The position numbers and the translations under genes were made by a program. Shown one piece after another: positions 1 through 11,328 of a stretch of 18,182 nt of DNA; the stretch's first letter is position 1, and each line of letters begins with the position of its first letter. Below the pieces are notes generated by a model. It saw only the letters and a list, made by a program, of their open reading frames with translations, was not told where the DNA came from and made no database searches. The stretch comes from Myxococcota bacterium (lineage in GTDB: Bacteria > Myxococcota > JACRCW01), in assembly GCA_040752415.1 (NCBI GenBank), contig JBFMGU010000208.1:1-18182 (forward strand). The letters are read 5' to 3'.

Positions 1-1
1 G

Positions 2-565
2 GGCACCAGGCCTGCCGCGGGCGCTCCGCCTCCCGCGGGTGCGCGTCCGTCGTCACCGGGCACGGCGCGACCGGGCGCCGCGGTCCCGCCCATGGCGCGC
101 CCCGTGGCCCCCACCATGAAGATGCCCGCCGTGCCCGCGCCGCAGGAGGAGGAGCTGGCGGACTTCTTCGAGGAGACCACCACGGAGATCGAGCGGGCCG
201 CGGTGCGCGACGCCATTGCCAGCGGCGAGGTCCAGCCGCCCACGCAGGACCCGTGGGGCCTGCGCAGCCAGGCGCGCTTCCGCTCGCTGGGTGAGGACGA
301 GGAAATCTCTCCGGAGACGGACCAGTCCGGCTTCGCCTACGTCAATGAGAGCGGGAAGGCCACGTTGGGACCGCCGCCGCCGACGGGGCGGACTTCGAAC
401 ATTCCGCGCGCCAGTCGCCCCACGGAGGGCACGCCCCGGCCGCAACCGCCTCCGCGCCCCGCCCCGCCCCCGCCACCCAAGGCGGAAGGCCCCACGCCGC
501 GCACGCTGGCGCTGGATGACCTGGACAGCTTCCTGTCCGGCTCCGACGACGACAACAAGGGTTGA
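2..565 (+). CDS. Hypothetical protein, 5'-truncated, with a Pro/Ala-rich low-complexity C-terminal region
   Basis: The frame of ORF 92..565 stays open back to base 2 (GTRPAAGAPPPAGARP...). GC-rich third codon positions; acidic patches (EEELADFFEE, LDDLDSFL); TGA at 563-565. Confidence 0.75.
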   Translation, partial: GTRPAAGAPPPAGARPSSPGTARPGAAVPPMARPVAPTMKMPAVPAPQEEELADFFEETTTEIERAAVRDAIASGEVQPPTQDPWGLRSQARFRSLGEDEEISPETDQSGFAYVNESGKATLGPPPPTGRTSNIPRASRPTEGTPRPQPPPRPAPPPPPKAEGPTPRTLALDDLDSFLSGSDDDNKG

Positions 566-672
566 GCGGCACGCTCTGGTGAGGACGTCGTTGCGAATTC
601 CGCGAATCCGACCGCGTTGAGCGTGGCCGCCAGTACGTCGCGATGACGACGTGAACAATGTCCGAACAATTG

Positions 673-1025
673 GCCCATTCGTCGTGGCCGGCGAACACCT
701 CAGGGGCGGCGTCAAGATAAGTTGCCCATCTGGTCCTGATCGCCTCCGGTGGACCACGACCTGGAGTGCGGCGGGCCCTCGCCGCCCTGGCCAGCGTCGC
801 GCGCGTTCACACCGGGCCGAACAGCCCTTGGGGCTCAATGACGTCAGGCGAGGCTCTGCCTCGTGGCGCGTGAGCCTTGACGGTTGTCCAAACCGCGCGA
901 CGCTGGCCAGGGCGGCGAGGGCCCGCCGCACTCCAGGTCGTGGTCCACTGGAGGCGTTCAGGACCCGATGGGCAACTTATCTTGACGCCGCCCCTGAGGT
1001 GCCCGCCGGTCACGACGGAATGGGC
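673..1025. repeat. Long inverted repeat (REPIN/MITE-like): ~131-bp arms at 673-803 and 894-1025 around a ~90-bp partly palindromic spacer
   Basis: The reverse complement of 894-1025 matches 673-803 with 6 substitutions and 1 indel by manual alignment. Each arm contains GGAG-T-GCGGCG-ggccct-CGCCGC. It lies between convergent stop codons. Confidence 0.92.
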
Positions 1026-1035
1026 ACGTCGCGGC

Positions 1036-2244
1036 TCAGCCGCCGAGCCGGTTGTACGCCTTGACCGCCTCACCCAGCACTTCCATGGCCCGCTTCAGCT
1101 TGTCCTGCTCCACCACGTACGCAATGCGGATTTCCTTCTTCACCGCCTGCGGCGACGCGTAGAAGCCGCTGCCGGGCGCCACGCACACCGTCTCGTTGTT
1201 GTGGTGGAAGTCCTTCAGCAGGAACTCCGAGAAGCGGTCGGAGTCATCCACCGGAAGCTCGGCGAACAGGTAGAACGCGCCCTCGGGGGAGCCGGCCTTG
1301 GCGCCCTTGATGGCCTCGATGCCCGCACGCGTGATGTCCCGACGACGACGGTACTCCGCCTGCACCATCGTGTAGTACTCGGGCCCCAGGCGCGTGACTG
1401 CCTGCACCAGCTTCTCGCTGATCATCGGCGGAGACAGGCGACCCATGGCCGCGCGCATCACCGCGCCCTTCACCAGCTGGTTGCGCGTGTAGAGCCAGCC
1501 CAGACGCGCGCCACACGCCGCCCAGCGCTTGGACGCGCTGTCGACGACGATGACGCGGTCCGGCTCCGCCACGTCGTCGGGGAGGTCGCGGATGGAGGGC
1601 GCGCGCACCGCGCCGAAGAAGAAGTCCGCGTAGACCTCGTCGGCCAGCAGGTACAGGTCGCGCTCCTGCGCCAGCCGCGCCAGGCGCGTCAGCTCCTCCA
1701 GCGTGTACACCGCACCCGTGGGGTTGCTGGGTGAGGACCACAGGATGCCGCGCGTCCTCGGCGTCACCGCGGCGCGCAGCGCTTCCGTCGTGGGCAGGCG
1801 GTAGCCGTCCGCCGCCGTGGTGGCCACGCCCTTCACCGTCACGCCCGCCAGCATCGCCAGCGTCACGTAGTTGGCGTACAGCGGCTCGGGGCAGATGATC
1901 TCGTCGCCCGGGTCGCAGATGGCCATGAAGGCCAGCAGCAATGCCTCACTGCCGCCGTTGGTGACGATGAGGTCGTCGGGGTTGCACTTGATGTCGCGCG
2001 TGCCCAGGAACGTGGCGATGGCCTGGCGCGTGGCCGGCTCTCCGTCGGAGGGCGTGTAGGAGAGCATGGACAGGTCCGTGGTCTGCACCGCCTCACGCAG
2101 CGGCGGAGGCAGCGGCAGGTCCGGCTGGCCGATGTTCAACGGATAGACCGTCACACCCCGGGCGCGCGCGGCAGTGGCCAGCGGCGCAAGGCGACGGATG
2201 GGAGAAGCAGGAAGGCGGGTACCGCGAGCGGAAAGGACGGGCAT
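1036..2244 (-). CDS. Pyridoxal-phosphate-dependent aminotransferase, class I/II (aspartate aminotransferase-like)
   Basis: Family motifs LNIGQPD, TNGGSEAL, PSNPTG, ADEVY, the PLP lysine motif DSASKRWAACGARLG, PEGAFY and the C-terminal IRIAY; 402 aa. Confidence 0.93.
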   Translation of the reverse strand: MPVLSARGTRLPASPIRRLAPLATAARARGVTVYPLNIGQPDLPLPPPLREAVQTTDLSMLSYTPSDGEPATRQAIATFLGTRDIKCNPDDLIVTNGGSEALLLAFMAICDPGDEIICPEPLYANYVTLAMLAGVTVKGVATTAADGYRLPTTEALRAAVTPRTRGILWSSPSNPTGAVYTLEELTRLARLAQERDLYLLADEVYADFFFGAVRAPSIRDLPDDVAEPDRVIVVDSASKRWAACGARLGWLYTRNQLVKGAVMRAAMGRLSPPMISEKLVQAVTRLGPEYYTMVQAEYRRRRDITRAGIEAIKGAKAGSPEGAFYLFAELPVDDSDRFSEFLLKDFHHNNETVCVAPGSGFYASPQAVKKEIRIAYVVEQDKLKRAMEVLGEAVKAYNRLGG

Positions 2245-2332
2245 GGCCGCCTATTTGGAATGAACCCCGCCGCTTGGCAACTGGCCAGGGCCCGGCCTTC
2301 AACGGTCGGCCAGCGGGGGATGACGCACCCGC

Positions 2333-3697
2333 TCAGCGCGCGGCCCAGCGACCCGCCAGCATGCCCGTGACCGCGGCCACGCCCAGCCCGCTGCGCTCAC
2401 GCGTGGGGTCGTAGCCGCCCAACACGCTGCCCGCGGCGTACACGTTGCCGAACACCGGCTCGCGCAGGTGCGCGTCCAGGGGACGGAGCTGCGGGTCGGT
2501 GAGCACCCCGGCGCGCAGGAAGGGCTGCTGCTCCTCGGGACGCGACGACGTCTCGTCGCCCACGAAGCCTTCCGTGACGTGGCGCCCGTCGATGAACACC
2601 GGCAGGTCCAACAGCGGCTCGAAGAAGCGGTGCTCCCGACGGATGCCGCCCGAGAGGTACTTCCCCGTGCACAACACCACGCTGCGCGTGCGGACCTCCT
2701 GCGGCGCGCCTCCCGACGCCAGCTTCACCTCCAGGCCCACCACCCGCTTCCCGTCGACGAGCGCCCGCGTGGCCTCCCCCTCCATCACCTCCACACCCGC
2801 GTGCTTCACGCCTTCATCCAGCGCGCGCTGCAACCGCTCACCAGGGACACTGGGCGGCAACGAGAGCAGCTCCGCCACCGGCACGCCCGCGGCCTCCTGC
2901 ACCAGGCGGAACACGTCGGGCATGTGCGTCAGCCCCAGCAGCGGCGGCAGCAGCACGCGGTCCACGCCGCCACTGTCCTTCAACGCGGCCTTGAGCGCCT
3001 GGCCCAGCGCCACGCCGCCACCCTCGCTCTCCAGCGCCAACGCCAGCTCGCGCGGAGCGCGCAATGCATCCCGACGACGACGGAAGTGGCTCACCTCCAG
3101 CGCATGCAGGTTGGGCGCCCCGCCCTCCCCTCCCGCGCCCAGCATGCCCAGGTAGCGCAGCGTGGCCACCACGTGTCGCCCGTCGGCCAGCGGCAGGCCC
3201 GCCATGTGGACCACGCCGATCTTCTCGCCCGGCTTGACGGTCTCCTGCGCCAGGTCGCCCGCCACCATGCAGCTCTGCGCCAGCGCGCTGCGCTTCACCG
3301 TCCCCATGACGCTGGCCAGGACCAGGTTGCGGCCCGGCTGTGTCGAGCCCTGGAGCTCCACCGCGGCGGCCACCTCGGTGAGCAGCTTCAACGCGTCGGG
3401 AATGGCGTCAACGCATCCGTCGGTGCGCGCGTAGGGATGGAAGGGATTGCGGGCGGCGAGACGTCGCGCGGCGTCGAGGTAGGGAGCGCCGGAGCTGAAC
3501 GCGCTGCGTGCCGGTCCCAGTGGCTTGCCCTCGTGATCCTCTGCCACGTCGACGGCGCCGGAGGACTGCGTGGTGGCCCCACCGCCCCGACGCACCATGA
3601 TCACCTGCGCACCGGCCCGCCGCGCCGCCACCGCCGCCAGCGCACCCGCCGCGCCACCGCCCACCACCACCACGGCGTCGACCTTCTGCGCGTTCAT
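2333..3697 (-). CDS. glpB: Anaerobic glycerol-3-phosphate dehydrogenase subunit B-like flavoprotein
   Basis: FAD motif VVVGGGAAG, SSGAVD, ELLSLPPSVPGERL, TGKYLSGG, EPLLDL, NVYAAGSVLGGYDP..E.SGLGVA. ATG at 3697 overlaps the glpA stop (ATGA). Confidence 0.88.
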   Translation of the reverse strand: MNAQKVDAVVVVGGGAAGALAAVAARRAGAQVIMVRRGGGATTQSSGAVDVAEDHEGKPLGPARSAFSSGAPYLDAARRLAARNPFHPYARTDGCVDAIPDALKLLTEVAAAVELQGSTQPGRNLVLASVMGTVKRSALAQSCMVAGDLAQETVKPGEKIGVVHMAGLPLADGRHVVATLRYLGMLGAGGEGGAPNLHALEVSHFRRRRDALRAPRELALALESEGGGVALGQALKAALKDSGGVDRVLLPPLLGLTHMPDVFRLVQEAAGVPVAELLSLPPSVPGERLQRALDEGVKHAGVEVMEGEATRALVDGKRVVGLEVKLASGGAPQEVRTRSVVLCTGKYLSGGIRREHRFFEPLLDLPVFIDGRHVTEGFVGDETSSRPEEQQPFLRAGVLTDPQLRPLDAHLREPVFGNVYAAGSVLGGYDPTRERSGLGVAAVTGMLAGRWAAR

Positions 3698-5346
3698 GGT
3701 GGCGTCACCTTCCACACCTCATCCAGCGCGCCCACCCCGAAGTTCACGTGGTTCATCAGCTCCGCCACCGACGCCGCGGGCCCCTCCAGCACCGGCGTGT
3801 TGCCACGCCACCGCGCCGTCAGCGCATCCCGCAGCTCGCGCAGGCTCTCCGCCGCGGAGAGACCGGCTTCGTCGCGGAGGATGGCGCACGCACGGTTCAG
3901 GCAACGCGCCCCCTGGCACGCGCCCATGCCCAACCGCGTCCGTCGACGGAGATCCGCGAGCCGCCGCACCTGCTCATTCTGGATCACGTAGCGCAGCTCG
4001 GCCTCGGTGACCGGCTCACACGCGCACACGGTGTTGACCCACGCGGGCTCCATCTCGGCCAGGTCCAGCACCTTCCGCGCGCGCGAGCCGTGCCGGTACG
4101 CCAGTCGACCAATCTGCAACATGGGCCACTGGAACGCCTTGCTCCACAGCTCCAGGTCGGGGGGCGCCTCACCGCCGGGCAACGGCTCCACGTGCGTGCG
4201 ACACGCCGTGGTGTTCTTCAGCGCCTTCGCCACCACGTCGGTGGCCTCCTGCGCGAACTGCCGGTAGCTCGCCAGCTTGCCGCCGCTCATGGTGAACAGG
4301 CCGGGCGCGCCGTCGTCGGCGTGGTCGAAGATGCGGTGCGCGCGGCTCAGCGCGTCCTCGGGCACGCCGAACTTGTAGAGCGTGGGACGGATGCCCACGT
4401 AGGTGCGCTGCATCCGGAACTTCGAGAGCGAAGGGAGCACGCGCTCACCGGCTTCCCGGATGTACGCCACCTCGTCCTCGGTGGCCACGGGGTGGTCGAG
4501 GTCGCCGTAGTAGTCGTCGTCGGTGGTGCCGCAGATGGTGCCGTTCTCGTGCGGCATGAGGAACATCTGCCGTCCGTCGACGCCGAAGGTGATGAACCCG
4601 TAGTTGCTGGCGCGGTGGCTGTACACCACGTGCACGCCCTTGCCCGGACGCAGCCGGATGTTCGCGCCGGCCATGGCCGCAATCTTCGGCGCCCACGCCC
4701 CCGCCGCGTTGATGACGACGGATGCCTCCACGTCCTCCTGCGCGCCGGTCAGCACGTCCGTGAGGCGCAACCCGGTCACACGGCCATCCTTCCCGCGGTG
4801 CAGCCCCGTCACCTCGGTGTACGTGCGCACCAGGGCGCCGTGCTCGCGCGCGCTGATGGCGTTGGCAATCACCAGGCGGAACGGGTCGATGCCCCACTCA
4901 TCCATGGTGAGCGCGCCAATGATGTCCGGCGTCATCCCCGGTTCCAGCTTCAGCGCCTCCTCGCGCGTGAGCCGCGTGTGCTGCTTGCCGCGCTTCAGCG
5001 GCTGGTACACGTCGTACGCCGAGAAGAACATGTCCGCGCCGGCGAACATCACCTGCGCCAGCGGGTCGCTCTTGAAGAACGGCACCAGGAACGGGATGCG
5101 GAAGAGCAGGTGCGGGGCAATGCGCTGGATGTAACCGCTGTCCTCGCACGAGGTCTTCGTGGTGTGCACGTCGTACAGCATGTAGCGCGCACCGCCGTGG
5201 ATCATGCCGGTGTTGGCGCCGGATGCCCCGTGGCAGATGTCGTGCTTGTCCACCATGAGCGTGCGCAGGCCACGCATGGCGCAGTCGCGCGCCACGCCGC
5301 TGCCGTTGACCCCGCCGCCAATGATGATGACGTCGAAATGCGCCAT
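3694..5346 (-). CDS. glpA: Anaerobic glycerol-3-phosphate dehydrogenase subunit A-like FAD oxidoreductase with C-terminal BFD-like [2Fe-2S] domain
   Basis: DVIIIGGGVNG, GMIHGGARY, IDPFRL, INAAGAW, GTTD, GIRP, GGKLASYR; C-terminal VCACE...RRRTRLGMGACQGARC. Confidence 0.88.
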   Translation of the reverse strand: MAHFDVIIIGGGVNGSGVARDCAMRGLRTLMVDKHDICHGASGANTGMIHGGARYMLYDVHTTKTSCEDSGYIQRIAPHLLFRIPFLVPFFKSDPLAQVMFAGADMFFSAYDVYQPLKRGKQHTRLTREEALKLEPGMTPDIIGALTMDEWGIDPFRLVIANAISAREHGALVRTYTEVTGLHRGKDGRVTGLRLTDVLTGAQEDVEASVVINAAGAWAPKIAAMAGANIRLRPGKGVHVVYSHRASNYGFITFGVDGRQMFLMPHENGTICGTTDDDYYGDLDHPVATEDEVAYIREAGERVLPSLSKFRMQRTYVGIRPTLYKFGVPEDALSRAHRIFDHADDGAPGLFTMSGGKLASYRQFAQEATDVVAKALKNTTACRTHVEPLPGGEAPPDLELWSKAFQWPMLQIGRLAYRHGSRARKVLDLAEMEPAWVNTVCACEPVTEAELRYVIQNEQVRRLADLRRRTRLGMGACQGARCLNRACAILRDEAGLSAAESLRELRDALTARWRGNTPVLEGPAASVAELMNHVNFGVGALDEVWKVTPP

Positions 5347-5352
5347 GAAGGC

Positions 5353-7176
<1,824 letters not shown>

Positions 7177-7230
7177 GGCAAGGGCTCCTTCTCAACGGCA
7201 ATGGCCGCCCAACGGGGGGCGGGACCGGGG

Positions 7231-7259
7231 GAAGTAGGGCCCTTGGCCAGGTGCGTCAA
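7231..7259 (-). promoter_or_regulatory. Candidate sigma70-type promoter for aspS
   Basis: On the minus strand TTGACG - 17 nt - TACTTC, ~55 nt upstream of the aspS start. The -10 box is imperfect. Confidence 0.4.
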
Positions 7260-7349
7260 GCGACCGGCGTGGTCTCGACGGGGGGACCGCCGGGAGTCCT
7301 CCAGCCTCCGCTCGCCACGGCGCGCGCCAGGGGCTCCAAGGCGCCCTGA

Positions 7350-8108
7350 CTAGATCCCGTTCACACGCAACGTCGTCACAAAGTCGACCGCGGTTTCAAC
7401 CCGGAGCAACAGGTGACCAACAACGCTCCCCGTGCTCAGGGGGGTGGCGACCATCGAAATCGTGACGGTCGAATTTGGTGGGACGGCGATCCCCAACGGG
7501 TACGCCGCGTTCGGCTGGAAGACGGAGTTGTCGACGCGGAGGTCATCGAGCGCGACCTGACCCGCGCCGAGGTTCGTGAGGTTGATGTCGCAGGGCGCCG
7601 ACGTGGTGCCGACGGGAACGTCCCCGAAGTCGCACTCCGGCGTGATGGCGAACCCCGCCACCGAGCCCTGCACCGTCAGACGGACCCGAATCACGCTCGA
7701 GCTCGACCGGGTCCGAATCTCGAGGTGGGCAGTACTTGCGACCGCGTCGGGTGGACGGACCGAGATGGCGAAGGGGAATGAGTCGCCGGCCGCAAGTGTG
7801 CCCGGACCCGATGCGTGAACAGAGAAGCCCGGGTCACCGATGATCTTGATGTCCGCGATGAAATCGTCGGACTCGCCCAGGTTGATGACGTCGAACGCGC
7901 GAATGTGCTCGGAGTTGACGTCCAGCGCGCCGAAGTCGAAGGCGCATTCCTGACCCGCGTGGCAGTCCCCGTCGGGAAGGCGCACGACCAGGTCGGGCGG
8001 ACCCGGTTCCGACGTCGCCTGCGTGCACCCACTAACACCGACGATGCTGACACTCACTGCGGCGAGCAATTCTCGAAGCGTGCGCGCGCTTCTTCTCACA
8101 TGCGACAT
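7350..8108 (-). CDS. Lipoprotein with two tandem Ig-like (choice-of-anchor D / ASH-HYDIN-like) domains
   Basis: GGAGG just upstream of ATG 8108; signal peptide with lipobox VSGC; two repeats of DFG.(L/V).V....(I/L).N.G...F.P-type beta-sandwich pattern (FDFGALDVN.../CDFGDVPVG...). Confidence 0.8.
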   Translation of the reverse strand: MSHVRRSARTLRELLAAVSVSIVGVSGCTQATSEPGPPDLVVRLPDGDCHAGQECAFDFGALDVNSEHIRAFDVINLGESDDFIADIKIIGDPGFSVHASGPGTLAAGDSFPFAISVRPPDAVASTAHLEIRTRSSSSVIRVRLTVQGSVAGFAITPECDFGDVPVGTTSAPCDINLTNLGAGQVALDDLRVDNSVFQPNAAYPLGIAVPPNSTVTISMVATPLSTGSVVGHLLLRVETAVDFVTTLRVNGI

Positions 8109-8420
8109 CGGACCTCCACGCGTCGGGCAGCTTGGCCATGACGGCGTGTCATGCGTGCGCGAAAGCGGATTGACCATCATGATACCCGAACTTCGTTCGC
8201 TGGTTTTCATGTGCGGCATCGGACAACAGACCGGGCCGAGCAGACCGCCGCTTCCGGCCGCTGCTTCCTTCGCGCCACGGATGTAATCGCCAGACGAGCC
8301 ACGCCGCAGAAGGACCTTGATGGGGGGCTCCACGGCAATGCACCGGTGAACACTCCACGCGGGGGCGTCGAGCCCGCGCCTCGATGGACGAGCGCGCATC
8401 GCAGTGCCACCCTTCACCGC

Positions 8421-10061
8421 ATGCCCTGGCAGCTCGCGCTCGCCGCGCTCTCATTGTGGCTCCCCCAGTTCCTGGCATTGGGAATCGAACTTGCGGATCA
8501 GCGACCGATCTTCGACATCATTGTCCTCGAAGGCGTGGTCGCGGTGCTGACGCTGGCGTGGTTCTCGAGGCCGGTCTGGCTCTGGGGCGGAACAACGTTC
8601 CTGATGGTCGCCCTGTACCTGCTGTTCCTCATCGCAGGAACCGACACGCGCGACGACCAGATGCTCTGGGCCGCCGCGATCGGTCTGGCGAGCGTCGTTG
8701 TCGGGCTCGTGATGATGACGCGGCCCGCGGTGCTGCAATGGCGGAAGGACCGCGGCACGACGAGACGGTTGACCATGTGGGCGGGTTTCATCCTGCTGGT
8801 GACGGTGGTTGAATTCGGTGTGCTCACCCGCATCGGCCTGACCCGCGCAGCCACCGATCGCGAGAGTTGGAAGCCTTCGTTCGAAGCACACCATGCTCCC
8901 GTCGACGAGGGTGAGCGCAATGCGGCGGCGCTGTGGCGGGAGGCAGCCGCGCTGGTGACCACGAGTGATGATGACGACCAGACCGCGATGCGCTGGGTCC
9001 CGGGAGCGGAGGATGCGTGGGATCTCGAGCGCGCGAATGCGTACCTCGAGAGCAACCGCGCGGCGCTTGGGAAGGCGATGGAGGCGAGCGCGCTCGCGCA
9101 GGCGGACTTCTACGAGGGCTCCGACGAGGAGCTCTGCGCCGTCGGACCGCTGGATGACGCCGGCTGGACCCCGGAAATCCGGGCGCTGGACCTGCTCAAG
9201 CCACTCAAGGTCCTTGCGTTCGAATGCAAGGCGGCCCTCCACCAGCACGACGTGGAGCGCGCGGGCAGAGCGATGTCCGCCCTGGCTGCGTTTTCGCGCC
9301 ATCGTGGCCGCCAGGCCAATCTCCTCGGTGCAGCGCAGGCCAGCGCCGTCGAAACCATGGTTTCGTCGTGCCTCTCGGCCGGCCTGCGCCATGCTGCGTG
9401 GGAGCCCACCGTCGAGGAGATGTCGTTCCTGATGGACCGCTTCAACCACATCGTGGCGAGTGGCCCGACGGGTGACGCCATGGTTGCCGGGGAGCTCGCG
9501 TATGCACGGTTCTGCTCTGCCGTCGCGGGCCTCGCACCGTGGTTGAAGTGGGACAAGGATCAGCTGCGCAGCCAGCGTCGCTGGAGTCCCGGCGGTATCA
9601 ACCCGTGGGTCGCGCTCCACACCGACTACACCGCGCGTCTCGAGCGCTACTGGGAGCGCAGGGCCTTCTTTGTTCCCCAGCAGTCCGAGCACTGTTATTG
9701 GAAGGATGACGATGTCGACGACCCCTATTTCCTGCTGGCGAAGTTCTCAATGTTGTTTGAGGACGAAGCACGTGAATACGACGTTGCGTTCCTCATCAAC
9801 CACCGTCGGCGGGTTGGGACGACGGTAACGCGCGCAGGTCTGGCCGCCTATGCGTTTCTTGCGCGTGAACGTCGAGCGCCGAGGGAGCTTGCGGAGTTGG
9901 CGGTGGACCTGCGTGAGCCATGCGCCAAGGATGGCACCATCGGGATGTTCGTCGAGGGGAAGGAGTTGAGATTCGCGTCGGCGCCGTTCCCAAGCAGCAC
10001 CGAGGGCGCGCAGCGTCGGCACCGTGATTTCGTCGTCCGGAACTTCGTGGCGCAGAGGTGA
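8421..10061 (+). CDS. Membrane protein with several N-terminal TM segments and a large helical extracytoplasmic domain, function unknown
   Basis: About five hydrophobic segments after ATG 8421, then a soluble domain (NAAALWREAA...); the C-terminus resembles the GspG/pilin-like pattern AY....R.P.ELAEL....EP. Start codon uncertain. Confidence 0.72.
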   Translation: MPWQLALAALSLWLPQFLALGIELADQRPIFDIIVLEGVVAVLTLAWFSRPVWLWGGTTFLMVALYLLFLIAGTDTRDDQMLWAAAIGLASVVVGLVMMTRPAVLQWRKDRGTTRRLTMWAGFILLVTVVEFGVLTRIGLTRAATDRESWKPSFEAHHAPVDEGERNAAALWREAAALVTTSDDDDQTAMRWVPGAEDAWDLERANAYLESNRAALGKAMEASALAQADFYEGSDEELCAVGPLDDAGWTPEIRALDLLKPLKVLAFECKAALHQHDVERAGRAMSALAAFSRHRGRQANLLGAAQASAVETMVSSCLSAGLRHAAWEPTVEEMSFLMDRFNHIVASGPTGDAMVAGELAYARFCSAVAGLAPWLKWDKDQLRSQRRWSPGGINPWVALHTDYTARLERYWERRAFFVPQQSEHCYWKDDDVDDPYFLLAKFSMLFEDEAREYDVAFLINHRRRVGTTVTRAGLAAYAFLARERRAPRELAELAVDLREPCAKDGTIGMFVEGKELRFASAPFPSSTEGAQRRHRDFVVRNFVAQR

Positions 10062-10158
10062 TCACGACACGCCGGCCGGAATGCGGAAACCAACGCGGCG
10101 GTCGAACGTCGGAAGCCGTAGCAAGACGCGGACTTGGGCGGTCCTTGTCACCGTGGCC

Positions 10159-11328
10159 TCAGGGTTCGCGAGGCGTGAGGTCGTAGCGGACTTCCTTCAC
10201 ACTCTGATGGAGCGATTCGTGACCGCCGGCGCGGGTGTCCGAGCGCCAGTAGGCGGTACGTGGGAGGAAGCTTGTCGCATCCAGCACAACGAACCCGGTG
10301 GTCATGCTGGTGGCAGCGGGGAAATGCTTCTCCAGTCCCTCCGACGGTATTCCCATCCGCCGGGCCATCTCGAGCGTGGCGGCGCGCAGGCTCTCCCCGT
10401 CGACGGTCTGTTCGAACGTCAGCAGGACGCACCGCCCCTCCAGGTCCAGCGGATGGCACGCCGCACGCCCTTGCAGCGTGGTGACCAGCACGTTGGACAC
10501 GGTGAGGCCGCCCAGCGTCGGTGGCGCACTGTCGTAGCGCAGCTCCCGCGGCTCGCCCGGACGGTGCTCCCCGTGCCAGGTCCCGTGGATGGCGGACCAG
10601 AAGCGCTCCGCGTCCTGGCGAGGTGCTGCCAACATCATCGCGCGGGTCTGGGCCTTGATCTCCTCGGACCAGGACACGTTCTTCAGATCCGCCTCCAGGG
10701 CCTGCGCCACGTCGTCGCGCTCCCGCACGTCCTGGACATATCCCTCCTCGTCCACGAGGAACTCCGGCAGCGGCGTTCGTGCGGCGCTTCGAAGCGTGGC
10801 GGCCATGTCCTTCATCTTCGCCGGGACGGCGGGCTCGGAGTCCCATTGCATCTCCGACGCGGAGACCTGGTAGCCCGCCTCCACGCGCGCCACTGAGAGC
10901 ACGAAGTCGCCACACAGCCGGGATTTCCGCGCGCCGTCCCCCTCCGCCGAGCACTGCCGCACGTCCATGGTCACCCGGTCGGGCCAATTCCGCTGCACCA
11001 CCACCGGCTCCGACGCGCCCACGATGACTGGTCGACGGTCGAGCACGCGCTCCTGCGCCTTGTGGTGCACATAGACCAGCGCGGCGAACATGGGGATGAG
11101 CAGCGGGTAGGAGAAGCGCGTGACCCAGCGGACGGTGGCGCCCAGGTGCATGGATTCGCGCAGGCCCACAACGGCGGCCACCAGGGTCAGGATGCCCCCC
11201 GCGCCGACGAGGAGCAGGTCGGCGCGGGAGTCGTGGGTCAGGAACATGCCCGCGACGCACGCGCCCGACAGGTAGGAGAGGATTCCAGCTGGTGTCAGGC
11301 CCAACCACGCGCGCTTGTTCGAGTTCAT
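10159..11328 (-). CDS. Hypothetical membrane-anchored protein (3 N-terminal TM segments plus soluble domain)
   Basis: Long ORF with GC-rich third positions; three hydrophobic stretches in the first ~90 aa; ATG 11328 preceded by GGGGAC. Confidence 0.72.
   Translation of the reverse strand: MNSNKRAWLGLTPAGILSYLSGACVAGMFLTHDSRADLLLVGAGGILTLVAAVVGLRESMHLGATVRWVTRFSYPLLIPMFAALVYVHHKAQERVLDRRPVIVGASEPVVVQRNWPDRVTMDVRQCSAEGDGARKSRLCGDFVLSVARVEAGYQVSASEMQWDSEPAVPAKMKDMAATLRSAARTPLPEFLVDEEGYVQDVRERDDVAQALEADLKNVSWSEEIKAQTRAMMLAAPRQDAERFWSAIHGTWHGEHRPGEPRELRYDSAPPTLGGLTVSNVLVTTLQGRAACHPLDLEGRCVLLTFEQTVDGESLRAATLEMARRMGIPSEGLEKHFPAATSMTTGFVVLDATSFLPRTAYWRSDTRAGGHESLHQSVKEVRYDLTPREP

Noticed and set aside
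566..652. Imperfect hairpins right after the first gene's stop (gcggcacgctc/gagcgtggccgc; acgtcg/cgacgt)
   Set aside because: Short or interrupted stems without a U-tract are expected by chance at this GC level; not enough to call a terminator or ncRNA.
673..1025. Autonomous IS or classical MITE with target-site duplication
   Set aside because: No transposase ORF and no direct repeat flanking the arms was found; kept only as a REPIN-like repeat.
651..1073. ORFs 651..1064 (+), 807..1073 (-) and 53..931 (-) sharing peptide blocks
   Set aside because: The shared peptides are simply translations of the DNA inverted repeat; there is no coding signature.
8109..8420. N-terminal extensions of ORFs 7350..8417 and 8151..10061
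   Set aside because: The two extensions would overlap each other and look non-coding. Downstream starts give a clear RBS and lipobox (8108) or begin the hydrophobic region (8421).
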